DNA of 64,000 bases from Eledone cirrhosa (taxonomy: Eukaryota). Under the pieces are notes generated by a model. That model had not been told where the DNA came from. It saw only the letters and a program-made list of their open reading frames with translations, and did no database searches. The position numbers and the translations under genes were made by a program. How positions within the stretch are numbered: the first letter of the stretch is position 1; each line of letters starts with the position of its first letter. The stretch lies in NCBI GenBank assembly GCA_964016885.1, contig OZ024742.1, positions 286,750,001 to 286,814,000 of the forward strand. The letters run 5' to 3'. Below, piece after piece: positions 12,860-26,289 of the stretch.

Positions 12860-13260
12860 TCGTGAAATTAATGTGTAAGTGACTGACCATTCCACAGACA
12901 CGTGCACCCTTAATGTAATTCTCAAGGAGATTCAGAGTGACACAGTGTGTGACAAGGTTGGACCATTGAATTACAGGTATTATTCATTTTTGCCTGCTGA
13001 GTGGACTGGTGCAACATGAAATAAAGTGTCTTGTTCAAGGACACAGTGGACTGGTGCAACATGAAATAAAGTGTCTTGTTCAAGGACACAGTGGACTGGT
13101 GCAACATGAAATAAAGTGTCTTGTTCAAGGACACAGTGGACTGGTGCAACATGAAATAAAGTGTCTTGTTCAAGGACACAACGGGGCACCCCGGTTTGGG
13201 TATCGAACTCATGATCCTAAGACCATGAGCTCAGCATACTAGCCACTACACCACACATCT
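12860..13260 (-). mobile_element. tRNA-derived SINE family B (CORE/V-like central domain) with 4 identical tandem 45-bp units
   Basis: Reverse complement: TGGTGTAGTGG A-box, GAGTTCGATACC B-box, GTGTCCTTGAACAAGACACTT domain repeated at 13001-13180. Confidence 0.85.
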
Positions 13261-13545
13261 TCACATATAAACACACATATTCACGCCCATTTATTTATAG
13301 AGTCATATCTATTTATATGGCATTGTACATAGATGTGTGTGTATGTGCATCTGTGTATCTGTGAATGGGTGTACATGTTTGCGTCGCTCTCTGAGTGTGT
13401 GCGTTTGTGTGTATGTCTGAGTGTTTGTGCATGTGTTTGTGTGTGTGTGTGTATGTGTGTGTGTGTGTGTTCAGACGATGTATTTGAGTATGATAGCTAA
13501 TAAGATTAGTGGAGTGTTTTATAAATAGATTAACGATTGAATTCG

Positions 13546-14350
13546 AAACAACAATAACAACACTAACAACAACACTAACAACAACAACAACAGCATCAAC
13601 AACAACAACACTAACAACACTAACAACACTAACAACAACACTAACAACAACAACAGCATCAACAACAACAACAACACTAACAACACTAACAACACTAACA
13701 ACAACACTAACAACAACAACAGCATCAACAACAACAACAACACTAACAACACTAACAACACTAACAACAACACTAACAACAACAACAGCATCAACAACAA
13801 CAACAACACTAACAACACTAACAACAACACTAACAACAACAACAACAACAACAACAACACTAACAACACTAACAACAACAACAACAGCATCAACAACAAC
13901 AACGCTAACAATCACAACGCTTACAACAGCAACAAAAACAACAACGCAAACAATAGCAACAACAACACTAACAACAACAGCATCAACAACAACACTATCA
14001 ACAACAACAACACTACCAACAACAACAACAACAACAACACTAACAAAACTAACAACAACAACAGCATCAACAACAACAACAACGCTTACAATCACAACGC
14101 TTACAACAGCAACAAAAACAACAACGCAAACAATAGCAACAACAACACTAACAACAACAGCATCAACAACAACACTATCAACAACAACAACACTACCAAC
14201 AACAACACTAACAACAACAACACTAACAATAACATCAACATCATCATCAACAGCAACACTACCAACAACAACAACACTAACAATAACAACACTAACAACA
14301 ACAACACTAACAACACAACAACAACAACAACACTAACGACGGCAACAACA
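13546..14350. repeat. (AAC)n-derived compound minisatellite with an internal ~180-bp duplication
   Basis: ACA repeats with CTA and GCATCA variants; block 13880-14030 repeated at 14060-14210. Confidence 0.9.
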
Positions 14351-14518
14351 ACAAAAGTAACAAGCTCCATAACATATCCCCCCCCCCTCCTCTCCAGACA
14401 TGACCTTCACAATGTCAATGGGATTATCAACATTTACAATCTAAATCAAGAAATTTGGGTTAGTTTTTGATATTAAGTATGTCTTAAGCCGATATATCTG
14501 TTAATCTGGTGAGCCGTG

Positions 14519-17280
14519 ATGGTGGTGGTGGTGGTGGTAGTGGTGGTGGTGGTAGTGGTGGTGGTGGTAGTGGTGGTGGTGGTGGTAGTAGCGGTGGTAG
14601 TGGTGGTGGTGGTGGTAGTGGTGGTGGTAGTGGTGGTGGTGGTAGTGGTAGTGGTGGTGGTGGTGGTGGTGGTGGTGGTAGTAGCGGTGGTAGTGGTGGT
14701 GGTGGTGGTAGTGGTGGTGGTGGTAGTGGTGGTGGTGGTGGTGGTGGTGGTGGTAGTAGCGGTGGTAGTGGTGGTGGTGGTGGTAGTGGTGGTGGTAGTG
14801 GTGGTGGTGGTAGTGGTAGTGGTGGTGGTGGTGGTGGTGGTGGTAGTAGCGGTGGTAGTGGTGGTGGTGGTGGTAGTGGCGGTGGTAGTGGTGGTGGTGG
14901 TAGTGGTGGTGGTGGTGGTGGTGGTGGTGGTGGTGGTGGTGGTGGTGGTGGTGGTGGTGGTAGTGGTGGTGGTAGTGGTGGTGGTGGTAGTGGTGGTGGT
15001 GGTGTGGTGGTGGTGGTGGTGGTGGTGGTGGTGGTAGTCGTGGTGGTGGTGGTGGTGGTGGTGATGGTGGTGGTGGTGGTGGTGGTGGTAGTGGCGGTGG
15101 TAGTCGTGGTGGTGGTAGTGGTGGCGGTGGTAGTGGTGGTGGTGGTAGTGGTGGTGGTGGTAGTGGTGGTGGTGGTAGTGGTGGTGGTAGTGGTGGTGGT
15201 AGTGGCGGTGGTAGTGGTGGTGGTAGTGGTGGTGGTGGTAGTGGTGGTGGTGGTAGTGGCGGTGGTAGTGGTGGTAGTAGTGGTGGTGGTGGTGGTGGTG
15301 GTGGTGGTGGTGGTAGTGGCGGTGGTAGTGGTGGTGGTAGTGGTGGTGGTGGTAGTGGTGGTGGTGGTGTGGTGGTGGTGGTGGTGGTAGTGGTGGTGGT
15401 GGTAGTGGTGGTGGTGGTGGTGGTGGTGGTGGTGGTAGTGGTGGTGGTGGTGGTGGTGGTGGTGGTAGTGGCGGTGGTAGTGGTGGTGGTCGTGGTAGTG
15501 GTCGTGGTGGTGTTTGGCGTTGTAATTGTTGTGGTAGAGTGGTGGTGGTCGTCGTCATTGTAGTTGTGGTGGTGTTTGTGGCGGTGGAGGTGGTGGGTAG
15601 TGGTAGTAGTGGTGGTGGTGATGGTGGTGGTAGTGGTAGTGGTGGTGGTGGTAGTGGTGGTGGTGGTAGTGGTGGTGGTGGTGTGGTGATGGTGGTGGTG
15701 GTGGTGGTGGTAGTGGCGGTGGTAGTGGTGGTGGTAGTGGTGGTGGTGGTAGTGGTGGTGGTGGTGTGGTGGTGGAGGTGGTGGTAGTGGTGGTGGTGGT
15801 AGTGGTGGTGGTAGTGGTCGTGGTGGTGTTTGGCGTTGTAATTGTTGTGGTAGAGTGGTGGTGGTCGTCGTCATTGTAGTTGTGGTGGTGGTGTGGTGGT
15901 GGTGGTGGTAGTAGTTGTGGTGGTGGTAGTGGTGGTGGTAGTAGTGGTGGTGGTGGTGGTAGTGGTGGTGGTGGTAGTGGTGGTGGTGGTGTGGTGATGG
16001 TGGTGGTGGTGGTGGTAGTAGTTGTGGTGGTGGTAGTGGTGGTGGTAGTAGTGGTGGTGGTGGTGGTAGTGGTGGTGGTGGTAGTGGTGGTGGTGGTGTG
16101 GTGATGGTGGTGGTGGTGGTGGTGGTAGTGGCGGTGGTAGTGGTGGTGGTAGTGGTGGTGGTGGTAGTGGTGGTGGTGGTGTGGTGGTGGAGGTGGTGGT
16201 AGTGGTGGTGGTGGTAGTGGTGGTGGTGGTGTGGTGGTGGTGGTAGTGGTGGTGGTGGTGGTGGTGGTGGTGGTGGTGGTGGTGGTGGTAGTGGCGGTGG
16301 TAGTGGTGGTGGTAGTGGTGGTGATGGTAGTGGTAGTGGTGGTGTGGTGGTGGTGGTGGTGGTAGTGGTGGTGGTGGTAGTGGTGGTGGTGGTGTGGTGG
16401 TGGTGGTGGTAGTGGTGGTGGTAGTGGTCGTGGTGGTGTTTGGCGTTGTAATTGTTGTGGTAGAGTGGTGGTGGTCGTCGTCATTGTAGTTGTGGTGGTG
16501 TTTGTGGCGGTGGAGGTGGTGGGTAGTGGTAGTAGTGGTGGTGGTGATGGTGGTGGTAGTGGTAGTGGTGGTAGTAGTGGTGGTGGTGGTGGTGGTGGTG
16601 GTGGTAGTGGTGATGGTAGTGGTGGTAGTGGTGGTGGTGGTGGTAGTGGTAGTGGAGCTGGTAGTGGTAGTGGTAGTGGTAGTGATGGTGGTTGACGTTG
16701 CAATTGTTGTAGTAGTGGTGGTGGTCGACGTCATTGTAGTTGTAGTTGTGGTGGTGGTTGTGGTGGTGGTGGTAGTGGTGGTGGTGGTAGTGGTATGGTG
16801 GTGGTGGCGGTGGTGGTTTTGGATGTGGTGGTAGTGGTGGTGGTTGACGGGGTGGTGGTGGTGGTGATAGTGGTAGTGATGGTGGTTGGCGTTGTAATTG
16901 TTGTGGTAGTTGTGGTGGTGGCCGTCGTCATTGTAGTTGTAGTTGTGGTGGTGGTAGTGGTGGTAGTGGTAGTTATGGTGGTGGTAGTGGTGGGGGTGGT
17001 GGCGGTGGTGGTGGTGGTGGTGGTAGTGGTAGTGGTAGTGGTAGTGATGGTGGTTGGCGTTGTAATTGTTGTGTTAGTAGTGGTGGTGATGGTAGTGGTA
17101 GTTGTGGTGGTGGTAGTGGTGGTAGTGGTAATGGTAGTAGTAGTGATGGTGGTTAACGTTGTAATTGTTGTGGTAGTAGTGGTGGTGGTCGTCGTCATTG
17201 TAGTTGTAGTTGTGGTTGTGGTGGTGGTGGTGGTGGTAGTGGCGGTGGTAGTGGCGGTGGCGGAGGTAGTTGTGGTGGTG
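14519..17280. repeat. (GGT)n/(AGT)n megatract with a nested complex unit
   Basis: 2.8 kb of GGT/AGT with recurring GGCGTTGTAATTGTTGTGGTAG...GTCGTCGTCATTGTAGTTG. Confidence 0.95.
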
Positions 17281-17445
17281 GAGTTACGGCCCTTTGCTTT
17301 CTGAGTTCAAATCCCTCCGAAGTTAACTTTGCCTTTCATATTTACGGGGTCGATAAAATAAAGTACCAGTAATGCACTGAGATTGATTTAATGGTCCGCT
17401 ACCAAAACGTTTCTCGCCATGTGCCTAAATCAGAAAACATTATTT
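17281..17445 (+). mobile_element. SINE family A, 5'-truncated, abutting the GGT tract
   Basis: GAGTTACGGCC...GAGTTCAAATCC...GGGGTCGATAAAATAAAGTACC. Confidence 0.8.
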
Positions 17446-17832
17446 AGGCATCACACCATATCTACAGTGTGAACAACAATTTATAACTTAAACTGGCAGA
17501 AGAATCAGACACAGACCTATCTAGTTCTTGTAATTGATAGCCTGTGACATTATGCATGGATTAAACCCAAATTGTTTCTTATAATCGAGTTGACCAAACA
17601 TTAGTAAGTGATTCTCTTCTCTTTGATATAGAGAGGCATGTATTAGCAGAATCGGTAGAGCGTCGGACAAAATATTTACAGTATTGAGCGACGGATTTTT
17701 AAGTTCTCACATTTTCTTCGTCTAACTTCACATAAATACGTACTTCATTAAACTTTCTGTAACTTTCACTAATTATATCACTACAGTTGCATATAAGTTT
17801 ATTAACAAATTATACTATTACTGTTCGATGAA

Positions 17833-17950
17833 TTGGCAGTATCGGTAGATCGTTGGACAACATGCTTTGTAGCATATAGTTATGTCCCTTTATGTCTTGA
17901 GTTCAAATCCCGCCGAGGTCAACTTTGCTTTTCATCCAGTTGGGATCGAT
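17833..17950 (+). mobile_element. SINE family A, 3'-truncated
   Basis: TTGGCAGTATCGGTAGA head and GAGTTCAAATCCCGCCGAGG. Confidence 0.75.
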
Positions 17951-18076
17951 TATATATGTATATACCGATCGAGCGACAAGATCCCAGATCTCATTCGTTT
18001 ACCGAATTGGACAAAGGACAAAATCTTTCCATTGCTGACACAATCTACCGGTCGCAACTCCTCGCTGAATTATATA

Positions 18077-18856
18077 TCTATACATATATATAAAACTGAA
18101 GTTGTGTGTGTGTGTGTGTGTGTGTGTCCTAATTTTGGCAAAGTCTATACAAATCCACATTTCTACTCCGATTTACTTCAAACTTGCATTTATATATTCC
18201 TTGCGGTCTAAAGATATTAACTGCAGCTTTTATTTTTCAATTTTCTGTTGTTAAAGGCGTTTTTTTTCACTAAAACGTTAAGCCCTTTTTGTCAGTAGGT
18301 TCGGAAATTTTGTCTACAATGTTCAAGAGAGACAACTCTTTAGTATTTTGAAAGCGTTACCTCTCTTTATAGACTATATTATTCCTACTTAAACGTACAT
18401 CCCTAGAAATTGTTGATGGTGACCACCAATAGTAACTCCGAAGCGTTCGGCATCCGATATAACAGTTCGGTCTATATCAGATTGGGTAGATTTTTGTAAC
18501 CTTAAAAGTATCCAAATAACTTCCTTCATGCTCTCCACCACTGCAGTCCCACATGCTTACTGCTCTGTAACTATTGCTTTCATTGTACCATAACACAACA
18601 AATACATGTTTGGTTTGTCGAATGCCTTTTTACTTAACCCTATCATCTTGGCTTTCGTGGGTTGAACATTTTACTCTCAGGCACCCAATTAAGTTAAACC
18701 CCTGGTAATCTACGACGAATTTTTTTTATAAGCACAAAATGTAGACATCATCCCCAGGCCGAGGTATTCCGTACTTCTCTGTATTGTTTCAGAAAGGAGG
18801 GATAAACATGCCAATCTATGTTTAGAAGCCCGAGCAACGCCGGGCCATTCTGCTAG
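18077..18856 (+). mobile_element. Non-autonomous Helitron (780 bp)
   Basis: A|TCTATACATATATATAAAA 5' end, internal (GT)n, 3' GC hairpin GCCCG-AGCAACGC-CGGGC 7 nt before CTAG|T; no TSD. Confidence 0.8.
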
Positions 18857-18870
18857 TATATATATATATA

Positions 18871-18952
18871 TTGGGTTGTCAAGTATGAAATTTGTAGAAA
18901 TTTGTTTTGTTTTTTCTACAAATTTCTACAAATTTCATACTTGACGACCCAA
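18871..18952. mobile_element. 82-bp palindromic mariner-derived MITE (Made1-like architecture)
   Basis: TA|TTGGGTTGTCAAGTATGAAATTTGTAGAAATTTGT ... ACAAATTTCTACAAATTTCATACTTGACGACCCAA|TA; CAAGTATGAAAT resembles the Mos1-type ITR as recalled. Confidence 0.75.
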
Positions 18953-19305
18953 TATATGAGTAAGGTTTTTAAAATGTCTCACACGGGTAAAAATATAAGG
19001 GAAATAATTTGAAAATGCAACTAGAGTCTTTTAAGAATATTTATTTACTTTACCGGTTTCACAGTTCTTATGATTATCAAAGGTCAAATTGAGATGGAGT
19101 GTTTGTGTTTGTGTTGTGGTGTCTCTCGCAGATATATATATATATATATGTGTGTGTGTGTATCTGTGTGTGTGTAAACGCTTATTGCATAAATCACCTG
19201 GAACGTTTAGATTACAAGGAAATTGAAACGTATCATCTAATAATCTTGACAATTGCATGCGAGCTAAAGATTCGGTCGTTCACCTTGGCATACATACATA
19301 CCTTC

Positions 19306-19396
<91 letters not shown>

Positions 19397-19925
19397 AATT
19401 TTATTTTCAGCTGTAAAAACAATTTCAAACTGTTGTGTCTGCTTCAGCAATACTCTGCTTTAGTGACAGATCTAACTAGAAAGCTAAGCAGATGTTTCCA
19501 ATGTAGAGGTCAAAGGTGAAATATATTATGACCCTGCCAGCTTTACCTGTCATTTCAATCAAAATTATTGTGGCTTGTTGTTGTTATATAATAGAGGGCA
19601 TCTACCTTTAGTTGAGGGCTTCCATACATACATGCATACATACATATATATATATATATATATTGTGTTGTTTATTATGTAATTAAATATATATATATAT
19701 AGAAAGAGAGAGAGCTGGGAGAGGGAGATAGAGAAAGAGAGAGAGAGAGAGAGAGAGATGTAATATCCCGACCTCAGCACCAAGTGGTATCGGCTTGTGT
19801 CTGAAACTGCTTGGCGCCACGGTCGGGATTTTACCTATATATATATATATCTATGCACACTCTACATCTCCCCATTAATTGAGTATTCCCATGATTAGTG
19901 GTCTTCCCGGTCTAAGCATCGCAAA

Positions 19926-20607
<682 letters not shown>

Positions 20608-20910
20608 AGGAAAAAGTATGACCCCGACGGCAGAGGTCATACTTTTTCCTATTTCCCACTCTACTACTCTAAGTATTGAGTACTCTGGTGCGTTATGGTC
20701 CATCTGGTTCCTTACCACATTTCCTTTGTTATATATATATATATATATATATAAATGAAAAATATATGTATATATATATATATATATACACACAAAGAGA
20801 GGGAGATCAAGTAACACTGAGTACTTCGAACGGCTCGCTGCTTATAACTGTAGTTACACACCTAAGTAACATACACACACATATATATATATATATATAT
20901 ACATATATAT

Positions 20911-21009
<99 letters not shown>

Positions 21010-21010
21010 C

Positions 21011-21053
<43 letters not shown>

Positions 21054-21123
21054 AGTGTGTGTGTGTGTGTCAGTGTGTGTTTTTATGCGCGCGTGTACAT
21101 ATGTATATATATATGTGTGTTTG

Positions 21124-21156
<33 letters not shown>

Positions 21157-21426
21157 TTGTGTGTGTGTTTGTGTGTGTGTGTGTGTTTGTGTTTGTGTTT
21201 GTATTGTTATGTCAGTCTGTGCAAGCAAAAGCTAAGGTCGCTCCCCTTCCATCTCTATACACCAAAATGTGAAAACAATAATTATAAACAAATTAAACAA
21301 CTAAGCAAAAGCTCGAGATATCAAATGACAGAAACATCCGTGATAGAAAGATAAGTCCAGGAATCGATGCTGTGTCTGTCAGTACAGGTTATTGAGTAAA
21401 TATATTGAAGAGAGAGGAGATTGATG

Positions 21427-21476
21427 ACGGAGGGAAAACAGACGGAGTGAACGAGAGAGAAAGAGAGAGGGAGAGA

Positions 21477-21529
<53 letters not shown>

Positions 21530-21725
21530 GAGAGAGAGAGAGAGGCAGTCAGACAGACTGAGTGAGAGAGAGTATTAGAGGGTTGAGAGATAAAGAAAAC
21601 GGAGGGAAAACAGACGGAGTGAACGAGAGAGAGAAAGAGAGGGAGGCAGAGAGAGAGATGGGGGTGAGAGAGGCAGTCAGACAGACTGAGTGAGAGAGAG
21701 TATTAGAGAGTTGAGAGATAAAGAA
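21427..21725. repeat. Local tandem duplication (2 copies) with differing internal (GA)n length
   Basis: ACGGAGGGAAAACAGACGGAGTGAACG...GGCAGTCAGACAGACTGAGTG...GAGATAAAGAA at 21427 and 21599. Confidence 0.85.
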
Positions 21726-22221
21726 GTTGGGGGTGATGTCTTCTTTCTATATAAACATTTTTGATGTTATAAACAAAGTTTTCCCGAAAATCGAGTTGAA
21801 GCGCCAGTGTATTAGAATTTATAGAATAATGTAAAAACAGCAAAATGCTGTCAATGACGGCGTAGGGTAAAATTTACCTCAAAAGACATAAATCAGTGGC
21901 TAGGAGTGTGTTGGCTGGCAGGAGTGATAGGAAGAAAAGAGCAAAATAGTGATAGGAAGAAAAGAGTAAAAAAATGAACGAGACAAGATCATACAAACAA
22001 CATTTAACCTCATCGGCTCTCAGACTGGCTGCAGTTTTGCACGATTTAATTTGAATTTTGATGTTGTTGCTGTTTAGCTACATGTTTATTGTTCTCTTGT
22101 AACTTATGGAACTGTTGCTGTCTTAGGTTGTTGTCCTTCGTCTGATCGAGATCAGAGATCAGCGAATCAGTTTCAAGGGTGCCACCACAGGGAGGTCGAC
22201 AGCTTGGGCCCTTTGGTTATA

Positions 22222-22252
<31 letters not shown>

Positions 22253-22357
22253 CAATACGTTAATAGAGTATAGATTTATTCATGAATTTCTTAGGAATGA
22301 AACAGTTCTAGTCCTGTAGAAGTACCTTCTATAATAAAATGAACACACACAAATGCA

Positions 22358-22416
<59 letters not shown>

Positions 22417-22418
<2 letters not shown>

Positions 22419-23186
22419 ATTCACAAGAATCAAAGCTATGTTCAAAGCATTTATTCACTTACAATTGTTTCATCCAAACCTAGACTTGGAATCTTCGGAG
22501 CATTTTTCAATCTTTGTACACATAATTGACCTCCTTTCCAACGCAAGAGACATACAGATACATATATATATATTGATATATATATATTGATTTACTTTTC
22601 CTGAATGTGAAAATGGTGGTGGATACGAAAACCATAACTTTCTTTTGCTTCTCCTTTTTATTTTTATTTTTCTGCACACATACTTTTTTTATTATATACA
22701 GAAAATACCTTACCACTACAACCATCATGATACTCTTACTTACCCGCTTAAAGTGCTTGTATTACATGTAACACCCTGCCACGCAATAATCATATATAAA
22801 TGAGACACACTTGCATGCCCCACGTGTAACTAACGCATACACTAACTACTACATCTGACTAACAAACTATTCTCTTGCATTATCTGTGTTAACTGCCGAG
22901 TGTATTTTAATTTTGTTTTAATTTTGTTTTAATTTTAATTTTGATTTTGATTTTGAATTTGAATTGCTATACAGAAATAATATAGTATAATATATGTCAC
23001 TCCACTGTACATCAATATATATATATGTATCTGTATGTCTCTTGCGTTGGAAAGGAGGTCAATTATGTGTACAAACATTGAAAAATGCTCCGAAGACACC
23101 AAGCTTAGGTTTGGATGAAACAATTGTAAGTGAAACAATTGTAAGTGAATAAATGCTTTGAACATAGCTTTGATTCTTGTGAATTC
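22417..23186. mobile_element. Long-TIR non-autonomous DNA transposon (770 bp, ~160-bp TIRs)
   Basis: 22417-22577 is the near-exact reverse complement of 23011-23186; right TIR has a 15-bp internal duplication; TA follows the right end. Confidence 0.85.
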
Positions 23187-23591
23187 TATATAACTGCTCT
23201 GTAGAACAACTGATGTTATTACATTGAGCTATTTATCTTACTGGTAATAAGGTAGTAATAAATTACTGACCTTCACTGTTTAGGGTTTAAAATATACATA
23301 ACTATAAAAAGTTTTAGTATATACAAAACCATAAATAGTATCCTTAATATTATATATATATATATATATATATTAGAAAGTGAGGTTTTTTTTTACAAAA
23401 TGAAAAATAACCAAGGTGTCCTACACGAGTGAAAGTATAAAGAAAAAGATGTGAGAAAAACCACAGACCCTCCATCTCAACTCACCTTTTGAAAAGCAGA
23501 AAAACTGCGAAACCAGTAAAGGAACCAAATAAATATATATATTTTTTTTTAAAATAAGACTCTAGTTGCATTTTAGATTTCATCTCTTTTT

Positions 23592-23663
<72 letters not shown>

Positions 23664-24053
23664 GCGAGAATCGTATTTCGGCTGGTAGAAAAAGCGAAAC
23701 GAAACGCAAAATCGTAGATATGCTGGCAAGCGCTCCAATAGTTAAGAAAACTAGAGCTAAACAATATGTTAAAACGCCATACAAACTGAAAAAGTGGTCA
23801 AGAAGGCATTAACCACCTAAGCCAAAAAACAAATCAAGTTAAACAGGTCAAACAAAATAAATGATAAAAACAGACCTGGACCCAAATGGAATTGATGGTA
23901 AAATCCAAATGCAGGGTTTCTATGACACCTAAATCAATAATACTGTCTGCTTAAAACTATAAGCTTATAGCATAATGATCGAACAAGGAATATCACGTTA
24001 TCAATATACGTATACATGTATACTCTTTGACCTGTTCCAGCTATCAGTTCATA

Positions 24054-24113
24054 TGCATCGACCGAGAATCGAACGCGGGCCGCCCGTACATTCTACCACC
24101 GAACCACCGATAC
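24054..24113 (-). pseudogene. tRNA-Gly(GCC)-derived pseudogene lacking 11 nt including the anticodon
   Basis: Reverse complement GTATCGGTGGTTCGGTGGTAGAATG-TACGGGCGGCCCGCGTTCGATTCTCGGTCGATGCA aligns to the invertebrate tRNA-Gly GCATCGGTGGTTCAGTGGTAGAATGCTCGCCTGCCACGCGGGCGGCCCGGGTTCGATTCCCGGCCGATGCA. Confidence 0.85.
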
Positions 24114-24114
24114 T

Positions 24115-24190
<76 letters not shown>

Positions 24191-24408
24191 AGTATTTTTT
24201 TTTACATATTGTCTCATAACGACCAGGCCTTTTGTTGACACTTCACCTTATTAATTCCGAGTGGCTACCATCAGTATTTTCCCAACTGCACGTGTATGGT
24301 GCATATGTGTATATTTATGGCTGACATTGTTCCAACACAATAAACTCGCAGAGCTAGCAGAATTTAGCATGGAAACGTGGTGACGTTAAACAGAATACAG
24401 AACACTGG

Positions 24409-24485
<77 letters not shown>

Positions 24486-24574
24486 TATATTTTTTTTCAT
24501 CATGGTAATATCATGGTAAGATCACGTGACTGTTACAAAACTTAATTGATGCCATGCACACATACACACGCAAG

Positions 24575-24612
<38 letters not shown>

Positions 24613-24760
24613 AGTACATATATATAAATACATATATATATACAGAGATGCATATATACACACAAAAAACGTCTCGTTTTTTGTAATAAAATACTTTGTT
24701 TATATCCATTGTAGCTGCAAAGTGGTGCGCTACAGTTTTCAATGTGAAGAATCGATTCCA

Positions 24761-24985
24761 GGGCGGTGGATTGGCAGTGTCGGTAGAGAATCGGACACCA
24801 TGCTTTGCAGCGTAGAATTACGGTCCTTTATGGTCTGAGTTCAAATCCTGCCGAGGTTAACTTCGCCTTTCATCCTTACGTAGTCGAGAAAATAAAGCAC
24901 CAGTAATGTACTGGGCCGATTCGATTTAATTGACTTTCCCCTCCTCCCAAATTACTGGCCTTATGCCTATACTAGAAATCATTTT
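24761..24985 (+). mobile_element. SINE family A, full length
   Basis: Head, B-box, central domain and tail all present. Confidence 0.85.
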
Positions 24986-25157
24986 GTTTATTTATATATA
25001 TATATATATAAACAGTCAGGACCCCGATGGCTGAGCCCTGTTTGTTTCGACAGCTAGATTCGAACTGCTATATTGTTATATATATATAGATATATAGATA
25101 TATATATATGTAACAATATATATGTATATATATGTATATATATATAAGTATACATAT

Positions 25158-25190
<33 letters not shown>

Positions 25191-25211
25191 GTATGTATAC
25201 ATATATATACA

Positions 25212-25527
25212 CAGTATACTCTCGGCATTCGCGGTCTTGGTTATTCATGGAATGTTCCTGAGAACCTAACTAATAATTGTTCGTAGAAACCCCCCGCATA
25301 TTCGTGGAATCGTAAATAACTTGCGCGACATTTTGATGGTGTTTTTCGTGGCAATATATATTTTTTCATGCTTTTTAATGCTAATTTATTAATAACAGTA
25401 TACCGTATTTGCCGGCCTGTATTTATAGGAATGTTTATGGACCACGTCCATTTTTCGCGGCTTTTCACTCATCGTAGGGGCTACTTTCCTAGAGCACCCG
25501 CGAATAGCGAATACCGGAGGTCAACTG
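25212..25527. mobile_element. Tigger/pogo-like MITE (316 bp)
   Basis: Imperfect TIRs CAGTATACTCTCGGCATTCGCGG and CCGCGAATAGCGAATACCGGAGGTCAACTG|TA within (TA)n. Confidence 0.65.
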
Positions 25528-25549
25528 TATATATATATATATATATCAT

Positions 25550-26035
25550 AATGACGTGGGTTCGATTCCTGGACTAGGCTGTGTGTTGTCTTCTTGAGCA
25601 AAACACTTCATTTCAAGCTAGTTGCCTAAGTATACTCAGCTGAAAATGAGTACCAGTTATAGCTGGGGGAGTTAACCCTGCGATTGATTGGCGTTCTATC
25701 CAGAGGTGTGTATTGTACTCTCAGGTTAGCTTTGCCTTTCATCCTTTCAGGGTCAATAAAATAAAGTACCAGTAATGCATTGAAGTCGGTTTAGCCGACT
25801 TTCTCCTCCCCCAAATTTGTTCGCCTTGTGCCTAAATCAGAAACCATTATTGGCAGTATCGGTGGAGGGTCGGACGCCATGCTTTGCAGTACAGAGTTAC
25901 GGCCTTTTACGGTCTGAGTTCAAATCCCGCCGAGGTTAACTTTGTCTTTCATCCTTAAGGGTCGATAAAATAAAGTACCAGTAATGCACTGGGATAATTG
26001 CTGGCCTTGTGTCAAAATTAGAAGCAATTATTATT
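25550..26035 (+). mobile_element. SINE cluster: family B fragment followed by two family A copies
   Basis: GGGTTCGATTCC B-box plus single CTTGAGCAAAACACTT core; family A motifs at 25725-25850 and 25850-26035. Confidence 0.75.
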
Positions 26036-26289
26036 TTTGTTATCACTTAACTGTGAAATGTATATAATACCTGGTTCCAGATGAATTAATTACTATTGAG
26101 TTTCGTCACATATACCCTCTGGGGGTTTTTTAAATTCATAATAAACAAGTCGTTGACATTATTTCGCATTAGTGTTATGAGGTTTTGAAATATTTCTCTT
26201 GTCCTTGACTCTATTTTGAAATATGCAGCAAAAATCTGGGTTTGGGTAATATTAGCATGAGTATCTCAGCCGCATTAATTTCTGTGTGA

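Noticed and set aside
13509-14336. 275-aa Thr-rich ORF as a mucin exon
   Set aside because: Degenerate (AAC)n microsatellite; frame retention is expected for a trinucleotide repeat, and the ORF has no ATG start or recognisable domain
14473-17304. Poly-Gly/Val/Thr/Pro/His ORFs
   Set aside because: Translations of (GGT)n in several frames
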